Shown here in pieces: positions 17,383 to 17,585 of a DNA stretch of 17,585 nucleotides. Origin of the DNA: Fidelibacterota bacterium (GTDB lineage: Bacteria > Fidelibacterota > Marinisomatia > Marinisomatales > TCS56); NCBI GenBank assembly GCA_043822705.1, contig JBDRBK010000214.1, positions 1 through 17,585 on the forward strand, read 5' to 3'. The notes under the pieces were generated by a model that worked only from the letters and a program-made list of their open reading frames with translations, was not told the DNA's origin and did no database searches. The position numbers were made by a program, and so were the translations under genes. Numbering within the stretch: the first letter of the stretch is position 1; the number at the start of each line of letters is the position of its first letter.

Positions 17383-17585
17383 TGTTTCGCCGCGATTTTT
17401 GAACGATGTCGCATAAGCAGCATTTTATTCGCTATAATCCATTTCCGGTTAATTGGCAATGATTCTGATTTGACCAGTAAAGTCTACGTTGGTTACGTTG
17501 ACCGATCAATCGTTTTTTTCTTTCCTTCAGGATGGCTTCAGCCCGTCCCTCATGTTGATCAATGGGATGGACATATCCGATCCCG
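17383..17585 (-). mobile_element. Right end of an IS481/IS3-like DDE insertion sequence (continues beyond the window)
   Basis: Terminus reads TGTTTCGCCGCGATTTTTGAACG from 17383 on the + strand (TG/TGT end typical of IS3/IS481). It lies 49 bp past the transposase stop and exactly where IS110 similarity breaks. Confidence 0.68.
17432..17584 (-). CDS. Integrase-core (rve) DDE transposase, C-terminal 50 aa (partial, window edge)
   Basis: Manual translation: GIGYVHPIDQHEGRAEAILKERKKRLIGQRNQRRLYWSNQNHCQLTGNGL*. It resembles the recalled H..(I/L)G.V.P.....GR.E.IL..R tail of IS481/IS3-type transposases. Confidence 0.72.
   Translation of the reverse strand, partial: GIGYVHPIDQHEGRAEAILKERKKRLIGQRNQRRLYWSNQNHCQLTGNGL

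Noticed and set aside
17219..17584. The DDE transposase tail and the IS110 fragment share one reading frame separated by a single TAG (possible readthrough fusion)
   Set aside because: The intervening codons are the element's terminal repeat region and do not look protein-like; frame agreement has a 1-in-3 chance.
16080..17585. CRISPR array, tRNA, or retron/group II intron in the ORF-poor region
   Set aside because: I found no regularly spaced direct repeats, no cloverleaf with T-loop consensus, no domain-V motif and no reverse transcriptase in the window.

Overview
Bases 236-16079 hold a complete, tightly coupled division and cell-wall (dcw) operon on the + strand: mraZ-rsmH-ftsL-ftsI-murE-murF-mraY-murD-ftsW-murG-murC-ftsQ-ftsA-ftsZ. 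It lacks murB and ddl, murC runs directly into ftsQ, and MraZ-type direct repeats sit in the promoter. The layout suggests an FCB-group-like bacterium (inference). The unusual part is the AT-richer 1.5 kb after ftsZ, where the ORF track shows almost nothing. On the minus strand, from the right edge, I read four things. (1) The 3' end and TGT terminus of an IS481/IS3-like DDE element. (2) The C-terminal 53 codons of an IS110-family recombinase, apparently interrupted by that element, followed by a ~200-nt structured non-coding end that is a candidate bridge/seek RNA. (3) A free-standing ~300-nt, heavily base-paired candidate ncRNA (~16517-16819) with its own sigma70-like promoter, GNRA tetraloops, 5'/3' closing helix and G-U pairs that work only on the minus strand. 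I cannot assign it to a known family; it loosely recalls the raiA motif RNA. (4) Further minus-strand hairpins and a three-way junction down to ~16100. All RNA structures were paired by eye and all family assignments come from recalled motifs, not from searches.
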